DNA of 64,000 nt from Camelus dromedarius (taxonomy: Eukaryota), in NCBI RefSeq assembly GCF_036321535.1, contig NC_087436.1, forward strand, positions 65,722,001 through 65,786,000, given 5' to 3'. Shown here one piece after another: positions 1 through 13,345 of the stretch. The notes under the pieces are model-generated. The model did no database searches, had not been told where the DNA came from, and worked only from the letters and a program-made list of their open reading frames with translations. The translations under genes were made by a program, and so were the position numbers. Position 1 is the stretch's first letter. Every line of letters begins with the position of its first letter.

Positions 1-150
1 AATCAGGTTGTCTGCCAGGCTACCACCTCATCTGGAAGCTTCACTAGGGAAGAATATGTTTCAAGGCTAGTTCAAGGTCTTGGAGAATTTAATTTCCTTG
101 AAGTTGTATGAGTGAAGTCCCCATTTTCTTGCTGTCAGGGCTGAAGATCT
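1..150 (-). mobile_element. MaLR (MLT1-type) LTR fragment
   Basis: 'tctggaagcttcactagggaagaat...gaatttaatttccttgaagttgtatgagtgaagtccccattttcttgctg' resembles the reverse strand of MLT1 LTRs; runs off the window edge. Confidence 0.6.
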
Positions 151-619
151 TTCATAGCTCAATGATCCTTCAATCTCTCATATTATTTAACTTGTTTTAA
201 AAATCATTTTTTTGTATTTCACTTCTTTTGAAAAATGAAACATTTCCACACATACATGTTCCTCAATAACATCCTTCTTATATTTTCTTTATTTAGTAAT
301 CTAATAATATTGAAAGAACTATTTGGAAAATGTTCTTATATATCTGTTTTCTTATAAAATGTATGGTCCCATAAAATCCCTAACACTTCACTCTTGAATT
401 ATAGGTACCTACCCATCCAATTACAGATACAGGTGGCCAGATAAACATGAGCCTGTCTCATCAGGAGTCTCTCGGCTTCCCCAAGCATGACAGAAAACAG
501 AACTGAACACATAACTTTTCCCAGAAGGATGATCCCAAAGACAGAAACTTCCTGATTCTATTTCCCATCACACATGTTTTACAATGTAAACTTACCTCGT
601 ACGTAAGTTTATCTCACCA

Positions 620-1100
620 AGCGGTGGCCATCTGACACCTCCCCTTGAATATGGACATATTTATGACTACAGCATGGTCAAAATAACACTTTATGGATTT
701 TGACACTAGGAGGTAAAAGGCTATGCAGCTTCTATGTGCTTATCTTTGAACATTCATTCTGGGAATATCCACATATACTGAGACTGCCATGCTAAAGAGG
801 CTATGTATTATTGCACCGAGCAACAGCACTAGCTGAATTTCCAGCCAACAGAAAGTATCATCAGCAAGCCATGTAAGCGAGCCATTATGAATACCCAGCT
901 TACTCAAGTCTTTAGATTATTGTAGGATTATTGTAGCCTCAGCTGACATCTAACTGAAATGATATGAGACTTTCAAGTGAGAGCTATCTAGCAGTGCCCT
1001 GGACAAAGTCCTGAGCCACAGAGTCCAAGAGCATAAGAGGGTGGTCACTGCTTTACACCACTAAATTACGATGGTATGGTACCCAGGCACAGCAATTTGG
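620..1100 (+). mobile_element. MaLR (MLT1G/H-like) LTR
   Basis: 'ctccccttgaatatgg', 'aaaaggctatgcagcttc', 'cagctgacatc', 'tcctgagccacaga', 'ctttacaccactaaatt' occur in MLT1 order; boundaries approximate. Confidence 0.65.
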
Positions 1101-1379
1101 GAAAATATTTTAATACTCATAGTATTTATAATGATACTATTCTTAATAAGATACATTAAGTTCTTTAATTCAAGGAAAATCACAAATTTGCACACATGAT
1201 GAAAATATATGTGGGTGTGTGGCAACCCATTTTTATTTTTATGCATCAAAGGTTTCAGTGTAATTCATTTTATAAGACTTATTTTTTTTAAAATTGCTAA
1301 CATTTATCAAAGTACTGAATTACCCCAGTACTTACATAATCACTTTCATTCATTTCCTTACTTGATATTTGCCAGAAAC

Positions 1380-1480
1380 ATGAATTGTTATTTCACTGAT
1401 GCAGAAATGAACATTTAAGAGGATAAATATCTTTTCAAAGATAACACACATGGCAAGTGACAGATCTAGCAAGTCTTAAA
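1380..1480 (-). mobile_element. MIR fragment
   Basis: 'tttcactgatgcagaaatgaacatttaagaggataaatatcttttcaaagataacacacatggcaagtgacag' resembles the reverse MIR core. Confidence 0.45.
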
Positions 1481-2299
1481 ACTTTTTAGTTTTGAAACTA
1501 CAGTGTATTAAGAAAGTCATCATAATGGCTTAATGTTTCACTGTATATACTATATTAGATGTTTACAAAATTACACAGCTTTCCCCTCCAGTACATTCTT
1601 TCATTTACTGCTCCTACTTTTGATTAGAGTATATATTTTATCTTTTCTGCAAAGAGTATGCTGACTTTATGTGCTTGTCTATTGTATACAAATGAATGGC
1701 TTTTGAAATTTGTGCTGAACAAGTGGCATTAGCCAATCAGCTATGGTTTGGGATATTAAAGAGGCCCAGTTGTCATACGTAGGAGAACTATGAAAATGTT
1801 GCCTGTGGTAAGATTAATTATTTATTGTTGCTGCATATTTAGAAACCAGGGTCTTCAAATAATTTGTGTTTTGTGACCCTTGACAAATGAGGCAATATAG
1901 TGTGGCTCACATACTCAATGATATATTTAAGTCATTTGCAAAATGAAATTTATATCTTATTTTGAATACAATTTTCTTAGTATACATAGCTTTGAAAAAA
2001 TAATAGGTATTTTGATGGCATGAACACAAAAAAATTTCAGACTTAGACTGTGTATTGTGAAAGGACATTAACTGTGCTATAAACATCTTAAAATAACATT
2101 TTCATAAGGATAATATTCTATTTGTAGATCCATTTGTGTAGTTGCAATCCACATTGATGTTATTTTTGCTTAGATAAAAACAAAATAAACTCCTTAGGAA
2201 GTTAGTTGATTGTTTTGAAATGCGCCATAGAATTAATATTGCTTTGAGGTAGACTATAATTTAAAAAATTTTCCTTGTACTTGGTTTCTAGACAGTGCA

Positions 2300-3908
2300 A
2301 CAAAAAACTCACAATGTTATTTACAATAGCACCACAAAAGTGAAATTTCTAGATATAAATCTAACTAGATATATACAAACTATAAAACTTTGGCAACAAG
2401 AATCCCGAGAAAATGTAAAATATGGATAATTATTCATGATCATTGAATGGGAAACAATATTTTGATGATATAAATTATTTCCACTTTCCACTTGATTCAT
2501 AGATTAAACACAATCCCAGTGAAAATCCCACAAAATTATTTTGTGGATATTGTACAAATTGATTTTAAGTGCGTGGTCAAAGGAAAAACAGCCAGAGGAT
2601 CCAACACAATGCTAAAGAAGAATAAAGTTAGAGGACTGGCACAGCTGAAATTCAACACTTAACAATTAAAAATCAGCAAAATGGCTTAACAGGTTTCTCA
2701 CCAAAGAATATAGGCAGATGGTAATAAACATGAATGATGCTCACCATCACTTATCATCATAGAATTGCAAATTTAAGCAACAATGAGACATCACTACACA
2801 CTAATTAGAATGGCTAACATGCCAAATGCTGGTGAGAATGTAGAGCTGCAGGAACTCTTATTCATTGCTTGAGGGAATGCAAAATGATACATGCACTTTG
2901 AAAGACAGTTTGTCAGTCCCTTATAAGCAAAATATAGTTTTTACCATATAATCCATCAATTGTGCTTCTAAATATGTTCCCAATTGATTGAAAGTCTGTA
3001 TTCACATAGAAACCTGTATGGTAATATATACTTATAATCACCAAAGCTAGAACCCACCAAGACATTACTCAAAAAGTGAATGGATAAACAGATGTTAGTA
3101 CATCTGTACAAAGAAATATTATTCAGCTATGAAATAAATGAGCCATGCGGCAATAAAAAGACACGAAGGAAACTTAGAATGCATATTGATAAGTGAAAGA
3201 AGTCATTTTGAAAGTCTACATACTGCATGATTACAGCTTTATAATACTTTGGAAAAGGCAAAATTATTGAGATGCTGAAATACTTAGTGGTTGATAGGAT
3301 TTGGGGTGAGGGATGAATAAGTGAAATGCAGGGGCTTCTTAGGACAGTGCATTTACTTTGAAGGATACTGTAATAGTAGATAAAAGACATTATGTGCTTG
3401 TCAAGACCCATGCCTCTTTATAACACAAGGAATGAATCTTAATTTGTGCAAATATACAAGAAAGTCATGTACGGTCAGGGATCCCAGAAACCCTGCAGCC
3501 TGAGACGAGAATCTAACTGTATTACAAATGTATGAAAAAAATCTCACTGAGGTCATGGGGAGGGCGTTGATGACCAAAGAAATTTGGGGGATGAGTGAAA
3601 TCTGTAAGGAACTGCACACAAGCCCTATACACCAGTTTATAAAGTAGTTAAGAGAATATGAATTAATTTTTATAGTGCTATATATTTATATGGGGATGGA
3701 ACAAAAATGTAAAAGGATAAGAGACAGTGGAAGCCGGGTTTGTCACTGTGGGATTGGGAGTGTGAAGATACGCAAGGTGAGAAAACTGGTATAATCCAAG
3801 TGGTGATGAATTAGAATTGGAGACATCGGTATGAACTCATGTTGGCTCAAAAAAGATACAGACATTTAGGCATACATATATTTATAGATATATGCAAATA
3901 CTTGGATT

Positions 3909-3944
<36 letters not shown>

Positions 3945-5140
3945 TGTATATACATACACACACACACATATATTGCTTTGTCAGCTGAGAGGACCTAAAA
4001 GAAATGGTACCACAGAAGCAATGAGCACCCAGATCTTGGTTCCTGATATATTATCTGATGAAAGGAAACAGAGTTTCTTAGAGAAATACCTGATTTGAGG
4101 ATTAGACCAAGAAATATGCAAAATGAGCCTGGATCACTTTGTAGTGTAAAAAAATAAAGAAGTGTGCAAAAAAAAAAAAAATCGCTAGAACTGCTTTAAA
4201 AGAGCACAGAAGCTAACTGAAAGAGCTTCCTTCCAGTGGCCACAACTGGAAAAATTTGGACAACAAAACAAGGTAGTATTTGTTTCTAACAAAACACAAA
4301 ATAGACATCCATGAGTCTATATGGATATAAATAAATAGTATGAATAAAATAATATATGTGAATAAAATAATAAAATAAAATAATGTGAATATAATAATAT
4401 ATTATATAATATATAATGATAAGATATAAATTCCATGCAGAAGAATTTCAACTAATTTATGTAGATATTCCACCCTCGAGAAGGGTGAACATAACTTGTG
4501 AACTGTGCATAGTGACTTCCTTTCAACGTGCATACTTTCAACTTCAAAGTATAGAAAGGGGGAAAAATGAGAACCTTTACTGTGAGGTAACCTGACAAAT
4601 ATTACCTCAATCAGATGATCAAGATCAGAATTGCCAGTTATAAATCATGTTGACAGTACGTACCTTTGATACGATGTGATGAAAATAGCTCTTACCTCTG
4701 TGGTCTTTCTCTCCCAAAACCCATAACCCCAATCTTACCATGAGAAAAACACGAGACAAATTCCAATATCAGGGCATCTTAAAAAATACAATAACTTGTA
4801 CTCCTCAAACTCCCAAGGCTGTCAGAAACCAGGAAAATTTGAGAAACTAACAAAGACGAGAAGGCTAAAGAGACATAACAACTAAATGTAATGCTGTGTT
4901 TTATATGTAAAGCTGAATATAGAAGAAATCCAATAAATAAAAACTTAGGGAATCTAATAAACTGTAGATGACTTAACAATAGTGCATTAATATTTGTTCA
5001 TTAATTGTATCAAATAATCATACTAATGTAAGAAGTTAAAAATAGGGGAAACTGAGTTGAGATGTATGAGAACTCTCTGTACTACTGTCTCAATTTTTCC
5101 ATAAATCTGAAACTGTTCTAAAAAATGAAGTGCATTAAAA
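2300..5140 (+). mobile_element. Old LINE-1 (L1MC3-like): ORF2 3' fragment plus long 3'UTR
   Basis: ORF2-type text ('atttacaatagcacc', 'acacaatcccagtgaaaatccca', 'cactacacactaattagaatggctaa'), L1MC-type UTR ('gtcagctgagaggacctaaaagaaatg') and terminal 'ctctctgtactactgtctcaatttttccataaatctgaaactgttctaaaaaatgaag'; no intact ORF. Confidence 0.85.
3912..3968. repeat. Interrupted (CA)n microsatellite inside the L1
   Basis: Directly visible. Confidence 0.95.
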
Positions 5141-5549
5141 AGTAATTAATTACCCAAAGTAAAATATACTAGGATAATTCAAAATGATTTCTTTTACAAC
5201 ATGATTGCAAATATGCCGGTGAATTTTCCATATAGATCAAATTCTCTATGCATAATTTTTATATAGTAAGATTTAATAATGTCCTATAAATTAAACCATT
5301 GAGAAAAAACTCTGTGGATGATTTCCTTCAAGTTATTTACTGAATAATTTTCTTTATGAATAATTTGTGAATTAATTTTCTTTATGCAGTCCCAGACCTG
5401 CCCACAACAAACTTCTATAAATATGAGTGGAAATATTCAGCAGTATAATTTGAACATTGTTAAGGGAAAATTGCCTCCCGATTGTTAAAAATAATTTAAA
5501 AAGTAGTAATGCTGACTTATAGCCTGAAGGAATTAAATCACTGAGTAGA

Positions 5550-5551
<2 letters not shown>

Positions 5552-5609
<58 letters not shown>

Positions 5610-5614
5610 ACACA
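5552..5614. repeat. (CA)n microsatellite
   Basis: Directly visible, one interruption. Confidence 0.97.
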
Positions 5615-5837
5615 TATATTTGTAACAATAACTTCTTTAGGGTAGTGAAATGGATAGTGGCATGAGAAGTGAGCTTATAATTTGTGTACCTACGATTTTA
5701 ACTAAACATACTCTGTGAATTCAAAGACAATAGTAACTAGTGTATATTTCCATGAATCATAAAAAAGACAATAGTCAACCATATCCACCTAATCATTATC
5801 ATTGTACAGTCGAATGTTTGGTATGATTATGACTTTG

Positions 5838-5915
5838 GAGAGAAAAGAAAGATGTAAAGAAAGAAAGAGAGACAAAGAGAGAGAGAGAGAAAGAAAAACG
5901 AACAAACAAACGAAC
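5838..5915. repeat. GA-rich/A-rich low-complexity tract
   Basis: Directly visible; it accounts for the KERERE content of ORF 5802..6104. Confidence 0.85.
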
Positions 5916-6520
5916 CAGCCTTGTGCTGTGTCCAAGTTAATATACTCCCTATCCTTGGTCTCAGGCTGGAAATGTCACCTGGCCTGGCATACATTCTCCA
6001 TATATGTTTTTAGTTGGGGAAATTTTAAATATATATTAGACATAGCCACTTACAGTCAATTGAAGGAGAATACAAACATTCTTAGACGGCCACAACAAGA
6101 ATGAGGAAATAGATGTTTTATAGCTGTATCACCCAAAACAAATGATCACACTAATAGGAATAGTTTTGCTTTATAAAACCTTAACTCCATTCTTGGATTA
6201 TGGTAGATATCATATTTCCAGTAAAACTATATCAATTAAACTTGGCAGTGAGTTAAACAGACAGACACAACAAATATATTGAATTTCAGTGTATCTTATT
6301 TGAAGTCTTAAAAATATTCCTCAGCATTTGTTTACATTATTTAGAGCAAAACGGACCAATAAATTGATATCTAAAGTAGCTTTTATTTGTTAATCAAATA
6401 TTAGAGACTCTATGAAGCTGGTTCTGTTGGATAAAGTAACTTTATTTAAAATTCTTCTTTACTGAAGAGGAAAATTTTTTGGACAGTTTTTAAAAGTATA
6501 GACCAATGAACAGAAATAAC

Positions 6521-7094
6521 TGTTAAATATCCTAAATTATCATGTTAACAAAGATAGAAAATAACAGAAATGATTATAATGGGTAAATAACTTTGCACAT
6601 GGTATGCTGTGATGAGAAAACAGCCATTCTGAGTTGCTGCCTAGGCATTTTATGGTGTAACAACCCTCCTCACACCCAGAGTCTGGACCTTTAGGTAAGG
6701 ACCTGAGTTTAAGATTTCTACCACAAGTTCCTCCTGCTTTGCTTTTCCCTAGGAAAACTTTTAAAATAACCACTTAGAACTGAGCTTATGAAAAGTCAGT
6801 GAATGCTGCCCCAACCATGTGGTAAGTAATAGGTGCTTGCTCTATCCCGGCTCGCCTGTGCCCTGGGAGAGAGCACTGCCCTTTCTCCAGGCTCACTGCA
6901 TGCCCCCGTTTCTGGGATCTGTAAGTAATAAGTCTTTTTTACTTCCTTTGTGTGAGTGTGTTGAAACTGTGACTTCAGTGAAAACAACCCCAGAGGCTCT
7001 GGGTTTTCATTTCCTGAAAGTGGGAGCTCAGATGCCGAACGCGCTACCAGCTGACACCACGTGGGTGGGTTGTACCTCCTCTTTCAGCAGGTCA
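6521..7094 (+). mobile_element. Probable ERV1-class solo LTR, family unassigned
   Basis: GC-richer block starting TGTTAA and ending ...GGTCA, with flanks TAAC/TAAG (imperfect 4-bp TSD) and a polyA-like 'agtaataag' before a T-rich U5-like segment; right end could instead be 7103. Confidence 0.55.
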
Positions 7095-7289
7095 TAAGCC
7101 ACATGTTCTTAATTTAATACATCAGATAACACCCCCCAACCACATAATTGATACCCATGGTATGTGATACAACAAAAATCTTATTATCCTATTTAATTCC
7201 ATTTCAAATCAACTAACTGTTAGCTATTATAGGAAAATTAACTGTTTCTTTGAGCAGATTGTGATAAGCAACTTAAATTTCAAAATCAA

Positions 7290-8857
7290 GATAGGATAAC
7301 TCACTTTGTGGATACCAGCCCAGCTTCTGTCCCCAGCCACTCCTGTCATTGACCAATGGGTTCATGAACAAAGTGGCCTCTGTGGCAGGGATGGAGGTTA
7401 TGCATGGGCTCAGCAACATGGACTTCCACTCACCAAGGATGATCTGGCACTGCTGAGTGCCCAGTCTTCCAGCAGCAGAGACCAATGTTGAGTGCCTGAT
7501 AGGGCACCATTCCCCAGGATGATCCTCAAGCGGGCAGGCTGATTACATCGGACAGATTCCATCATGGAAGACTCAGTATTTTGTTCCTTTTGGATTAGAC
7601 ACATAGGATATGGATTTGCCTTCTCTGTACACAGTGCTTCTGCCAAAACTACTGTCAGTAGATTTACAGAATGACTTATCCTCTGTCATGGTATTACATA
7701 CAGCATTATTTTTGATCAGAGAACTCACTTCACAGCAAAGAAATGCATCAGTGGCCCCATGCTCATGAAATTCACTTGTTTTATCATGTTTCCCATCATC
7801 CTGAAGTAGCTGGTTTGGTAGAATGGTGGAATGACCTTTTGGAGACTGCGTTACAGTGCCAGCTAGGTGGCAATACCCTGCAGGACTTGGGCAAGTTTCT
7901 TCAGAAGGCTGTATATTATAAAGCAATGTCCAAGGTATGGTGCTATTCCTCCAATACCCAGGATTCACAGGTCCAGTGATCAAGGGGTAGAAATAGAATT
8001 ATTATTATTACCCTGAATGTCCTACCAAAATATTTTTTGCTTCCTGTTCCTGCAAATTTAAGTTTTTCCGGCCTAGAAGTCTTAGTGCTAGAGGGAGGAA
8101 TGCTTCCACCAGGAGACACAACCATGATTCCATTCAACTGGAAGACCGCTGCCTTTTCACTTTGGGCTCTTCCTATCTCTGAATCAACAGGCAAAGAAGA
8201 GAATTACTGTGTTGGCTGTGGTGACTGATACTGACTACCAAGAGGAATTGGACTACTACTCTACAGTGAAGGTAAGGAAGAGGATGTCTGGGATACAGGA
8301 GATCCCTTAGGGTGTGTCTTAATATTACCATACTCTGTTATTAAAGTCAATGGAAAACTGCAATAACCCAATCAAGGCAGGGCCACTAATGGCTCAGACT
8401 CTTCAGGGATGTATGTTTGGGTCATTCTGCTAGGTAAAAAACCACAACCAACCGAGGTGCTTGCTGAAGGCACAAGGAATCCTCAATGGATAGTGGATGG
8501 AGGCAATTATGAATACCAACTACAATCACATGACTAGTCACAGAAATGAGTACTGTGATTGTCACGAGTGTTAGCTTACTATAAATTCATATATATGATA
8601 TCTTTTTCCTTTTCTTATAACATATGATGTATTGACTTTATATTATAGAATTTAAGTTACAGAATATCAAGGAGAACAGTAAACATCTCTCAAGGAATTT
8701 ACTTCCTCTTCTGGGGAAAAGGTTAGTGAATTTACAGTTACACACAGGATAGCTGTATCATTTTAGGCAGAATTATGACCTTGATACTGTCCTTATTTGG
8801 AAATTAAGTCTGGTTTAAGGATATGCACATGGATGCCAAAATGATAAGGGGTGGAGT
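7290..8857 (+). mobile_element. ERV-L internal region: decayed integrase and dUTPase
   Basis: Peptide relics WVHEQSGLCGRDGGYAWAQQHGLPLTK (7306..7491, integrase N-terminal region), HHPEVAGLVEWWNDLL (7743..7979, integrase core) and GLEVLVLEGGMLPPGDTTMIPFNWK (8037..8228, dUTPase); frameshifted; purine tract 'gataaggggtggag' precedes the LTR. Confidence 0.92.
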
Positions 8858-9205
8858 TGTCATGCTACTTCTATGTAACAACTTGATGGGGTCACGAGGT
8901 TCAGGTGTTTGGGTCAGATTAGCATTTGGATCGGCAGACTAAGCAGATGGCTCTCCCAGGTACGAGTAAGCATCGTCCTCTCTGTGAGGGCCTGATTAGA
9001 ACAAAAAGGTAGAGAAGGGGAGAATCTGCTCTCATTGTCTGACTGAGCTGGATACTGGTCTTCTCCTGTCCTCACACTGGACTTACACCTTCAGTTCTCT
9101 TAGTTCTCAGGCCTTTGGACTTAGACTAGAACCATACCATCAGCTCTCTCAATTTCTTATAATAAATCCATTGTTTCTGTTCTCTGGAGAATCCTGACTA
9201 ATACA
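8858..9205 (+). mobile_element. MLT2-type 3' LTR of the ERV-L
   Basis: TG start right after the polypurine tract; AATAAA near 9162; canonical MLT2 end 'ttctgttctctggagaatcctgactaataca'. Confidence 0.9.
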
Positions 9206-10959
9206 ATTGTCACAAAAAATATTATAACTTCTTGCAAAATCGTATATACTTAGATATTATGTTCAGATCAAAGAGAAAAGCAGAGTTACTATCTTGTAAA
9301 TCACATATTTTCATTTATTTTCCTTTTTTCATGAGACATTCCTAAAGGCTTCATAAGGAGTTAGAATGTATTTTTAAGTTCCCTCTAGTGAAGTTTTGTT
9401 CATCTGTTTCTTTTAAATTTTTATTTATTTACTATCATAGCTTAGATACGAAGAAATATTCCATGATACAAAAGAATTCAGTCATAGATTTAGAAATACA
9501 GTTTTCTTGTATTTGTTCTTCAAAAAGATGGACATCAATCTCCATGTTTAGGAGAACAGATATCATATGGAATGTAATTGAGAGTGAGAATCTGGAATTT
9601 TTATTGAAAAAATGCAATCTCTTTGTGTCAGTAAAATAATTTACATATTTAAAATTTTTCATAACCTCTTCCTATAAAAATCTAAGTGAAATGTACTATA
9701 AAAATAAGAGTTATAATATTGTTCCGTTTGGCAGTGCGGAGCTTATACCATTTAATTCAGATCAGGAGATTTACTACTAGCCTGAGAGGCTTTGAAATTG
9801 GCTTATTCATCAGCTTTATTTTCTGTCAAATTGCAATCATTATCTTTTTTTGAATGGTAGTTCCAAAAGAGTACTGACTATCTTAGCTATTAAGTATACA
9901 AAAAGTTTCCTACTGTCCTACTGACTGGAAGATTTTTAAAGAATATAGGTTCCTTGGGAAACATTGCATTACACACAAGCCTTTATAAAATTTCTTTATA
10001 CCCTCTCTGTCATCGAGATCTTCACAGTTTGTCATTTTATGGGTAGGTGAGGACTTTTTCATTGTTCTCACTTATATAGTGCTATATACCACATTTTCTG
10101 TCATGGTAGCTTAACTTAAAAGCAAAAGGGACTGGTAATTACATTTCTATAAAAGGCTCTAATACTGTCATATCAGGACTCTAACTAACTTACAAGGGAA
10201 TTTTTGGAAATCATCAATGATATAAACTTGAGAAGCCCGCCTAGACAAGAAGCAAAAAATGAAGACTGCATCCAAAATTTTGACGCAAATGGATGGTCTG
10301 GCTAGAATATGGTAGTTGTTGATATGACTACTGAACATGACCCTTTCCCTGGCACTGAGTCTTAGATAGTGATTGTAGCACTTCCACACTCTGTCCCTCC
10401 AGAATGCTCACACACATTATCCTGTAACTGAGTCAATTTGACAATACTTAATGTTACAATTATTGAAAAAAAAAAAGCTCCACTGGACAAAAAAAGGCAA
10501 TAAGGATAATCCTTGATCTGGGTCCTATTCAAAGCCTAACAGGATTTGGAATCACTCAGAAAATGTGTAAAAGCAAAATATCTCATTGTCGCTCATAGTG
10601 CTTCCAGAATTCAGAAAGGTGTGATAAAGAGACATTGAAGACTTGATGTATAGAACTGTGGAGGACTTCCTTTCATATTTATTCAGCTTCTAACATTTAA
10701 CTCAAAACACTAACAGTACTATATGATTATAATATTGAACCAGTGGATATGGAAAAGGTATTGTATTAAATTAACTATTTTATTCCCCTTTGTTTAGGAC
10801 ACTTTATTCTATGTAAGAATTTATCTACACATTACATTATAAAATCATTGATAATAGAAGACAGTTAATTTACACACACTGATCAGCAGTATTGTAACAA
10901 AGTTTTTTAAAAGATCTGCAACAAAGTGTCAAGGTGAGATTTATATGTCTAATACACTA

Positions 10960-11130
10960 CAGTATGCAATTATTTAGTGAACCACTAATTTAGGTATTGT
11001 TGGGAAGGTATTGTGTAGATGTGGTAAATGCCTACAATCAGTGGACTTTAAGTAAAGAGAATTACCTTCAACAATGTGAATGGACCTTGTCCAGTTAGAG
11101 AGTGGAGAGGCCTTAAGAGCAAAACCTTAA
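10960..11130 (+). mobile_element. MLT2-type LTR fragment
   Basis: 'actaatttaggtattgttgggaaggtattgtgtagatgtggt...caatcagtggactttaagtaaagagaattacctt...ggccttaagagcaaaac'. Confidence 0.75.
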
Positions 11131-11964
11131 GTTTATGAAAATCCCTAACTGAACTCTAATTGATAAACAAAAGTAATTTGACCTTTTGTTTTATGTTTTT
11201 CTCTGCTTCTTTTGTACATCTTTGAAAATTTGTTTATAATATAAAAATAAAGAATGTAAAATTATTCAATTCAGAGATATTATTCGTCTCAATAAATTTT
11301 CGGTATCTTAAATGTCTATTACTGTAGATTACAGTGTACACTTCTGTAAAATCTCTTCTAGGTTTTTTGACTTCTCGTAAGTGTTACATTAAACCTAATT
11401 GAGATTTCTGCATTGTCGTTTATAACTACAAAAATTTTCCAGAATGTATTCAGTAAACAGTAACATGTTCTTTGTAGACCTCTTCTGTTCATCTTTACCT
11501 TTGTGTACTTATAATTTATTTTTTTAGCAATGTACAATAATTACTCCCCAGATATGTATGGATATTTCTGAGAATTTGTAAAATAATCTTAATGACCCTG
11601 ATGTCTCTAGAAAGAAATGTTTTATAAATAAAATATACTTACTGTCTTGAAAATTTTCCCTTATAATAGAGTTGTCATAAATGTAACTCACATCTACAAA
11701 TTGGCATTTTTGGCTAGTAATTAATTAAGAATCTCTTCTCTTTATTTGATAAAAATATATTAACTCTTTGCATGTAATGGTGGAAGTCCTATCTTCCTCA
11801 GTCATGATGATTAATTTAAAAACTGTTCCTTCTGGGTCTCCACTTAAAATTTCCATTTTTCTTTTAATCTACTATCTCTAGCAAAGCCTTTATGAATGCA
11901 CCAGTTCTTGAAAAAAGGGGCATATTTTTCTACCCTTTAAGATACATTACTTTACACAAATAAG

Positions 11965-12195
11965 GGCAGTATACTGTAGTGATTTTGAACAAATATTCCA
12001 GAGTTAGAAAAACTCAGGGTTCAGATTATTACCCACTCACTTGAACTTTTTCAGAAATTTAATTAAACTCTAAGGCTTGGTTAACTCAAATTAAAAAAAA
12101 ATTCTATTGAAGTATAGATAGTTTATAGTTTAAATGTAAACTCTAAGGCTTGGTTACCTCAAATTTAACAGTGATAATAAGAGTATTTACTAACC
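11965..12195 (+). mobile_element. MIR, interrupted by a micro-L1 insertion
   Basis: 'gggcagtatactgtagtg...ccagagttagaaaaactcagggttcagat...ctctaaggcttggttacctcaaatttaacagtgataataagagta'. Confidence 0.55.
12093..12136 (-). mobile_element. 44-bp L1 3'-tip-like insertion flanked by a 29-bp direct repeat
   Basis: Direct repeats at 12064-12092 and 12137-12165 (1 mismatch); insert 'attgaagtatagatagttt' resembles the reverse complement of the L1 end at ~46398-46418. Confidence 0.65.
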
Positions 12196-13149
12196 AGGCT
12201 AAACAGGTACCCTAAGAACTGGCCAGGATGAACTTCCTGCCAGGTTGATGTCACCAAAATTTCAGATCAGTTCACACAATACATTAGTTGGAGGCATCTA
12301 AAATAAATCTAAATAAATACTTTCAGAAAATCTTTCCATGCCATCTTATGACTCATTTATCTCCCAAATGTGAGAACTGATGAAGCTGAGGACTTGGGGG
12401 TGCTGAGGCACATCTACTGAAGAGCATGGCTGTTTGCTGGCCATTTCTGAAAAGCCCATCTAGCTGTACTTTCTTTGGATAGTCTGCAAGCCAAGCTTAA
12501 CTTCATGGTAAGAGATAAGTACAGGTGAACCCGTTCATACTTAGTATTCATATATCGAGCCTTGCGTGTTTCCTGTGCATATTAGTCATATCAGTATGTT
12601 TTCACTATATTTGCCATTCTTCAAAGACCTCACAGTCTCAGTTTTCAACATCAATGTGATTCCTGCATTTCTGGGGCAAAATTGAAGATCACGATTTTCA
12701 ATGGCTAGATAGAATAAGCAAGTATGAAACTGCCCCAATTATAATCTGCATAAAATAAAATGATTATAGATATTCTCGCCTTTTCTGTTCCCTACACTTA
12801 AAAATTAAAATTATGAAAACACAGAGGGACAAAATTTTTTTCCAAGCATTTTAAATTAGATATGCTAAGTTTTAAATAAAAATCAAATTTATTTTTTTTG
12901 TTATACTAAACAACAGAAGATGAACATAAGAATTTGAATAAGAGTCAATTCTGCTTACCTAGGCTAGTTGCTTAGGGAAGAGTGGACATTATCCTGTGTT
13001 AGATCTTTTATTTCAGTGTCTATATATGAAACTCCTCCCTCAATAACAGCTTTAGGTTATCTGGTGACCACACGTAGCTTTTCTACTTGTCTGTTTTCTA
13101 TCACAAGATGAACTTCTCAGTTTTCTAGTTGATTGCTAGAAAGCATATG

Positions 13150-13345
13150 GCAGAGACCTCTATTTTTTAATGGAAATTCAGGACCTAGAACACCTAGAAT
13201 ACCCAGAATTCTTTTGAAAAGAGATACTAAAAAAAAAAAAAAATTAGTCACATTATCTAATTTCCAGATCTATTATAAAGTTACTGTAACTATAGTAACT
13301 AAAGTTACTGTAACTAAGTGTGGCACTGGTCCACAGATACAACAC
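13150..13345 (+). mobile_element. Old L1 ORF2 fragment
   Basis: ORF 13133..13348 'PRIPRILLK...VTLSNFQIYYKVTV' resembles the L1 ORF2 PRIAK..L...TLPDFKLYYKATV motif. Confidence 0.75.

Noticed and set aside
587..611. Hairpin TAAACTTAC-ctcgtac-GTAAGTTTA
   Set aside because: A 9-bp AT-rich stem is expected by chance in 64 kb
7573..7983. 136-aa minus-strand ORF
   Set aside because: Antisense to the ERV-L integrase relic; no independent coding evidence
7306..8228. Integrase/dUTPase ORFs as a domesticated gene
   Set aside because: Broken into short frames by stops and frameshifts, with degenerate motif residues; a decayed ERV-L
13276..13316. 17-bp direct repeat TAAAGTTACTGTAACTA with 7-bp spacer
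   Set aside because: Ordinary micro-duplication in a dead L1 fragment
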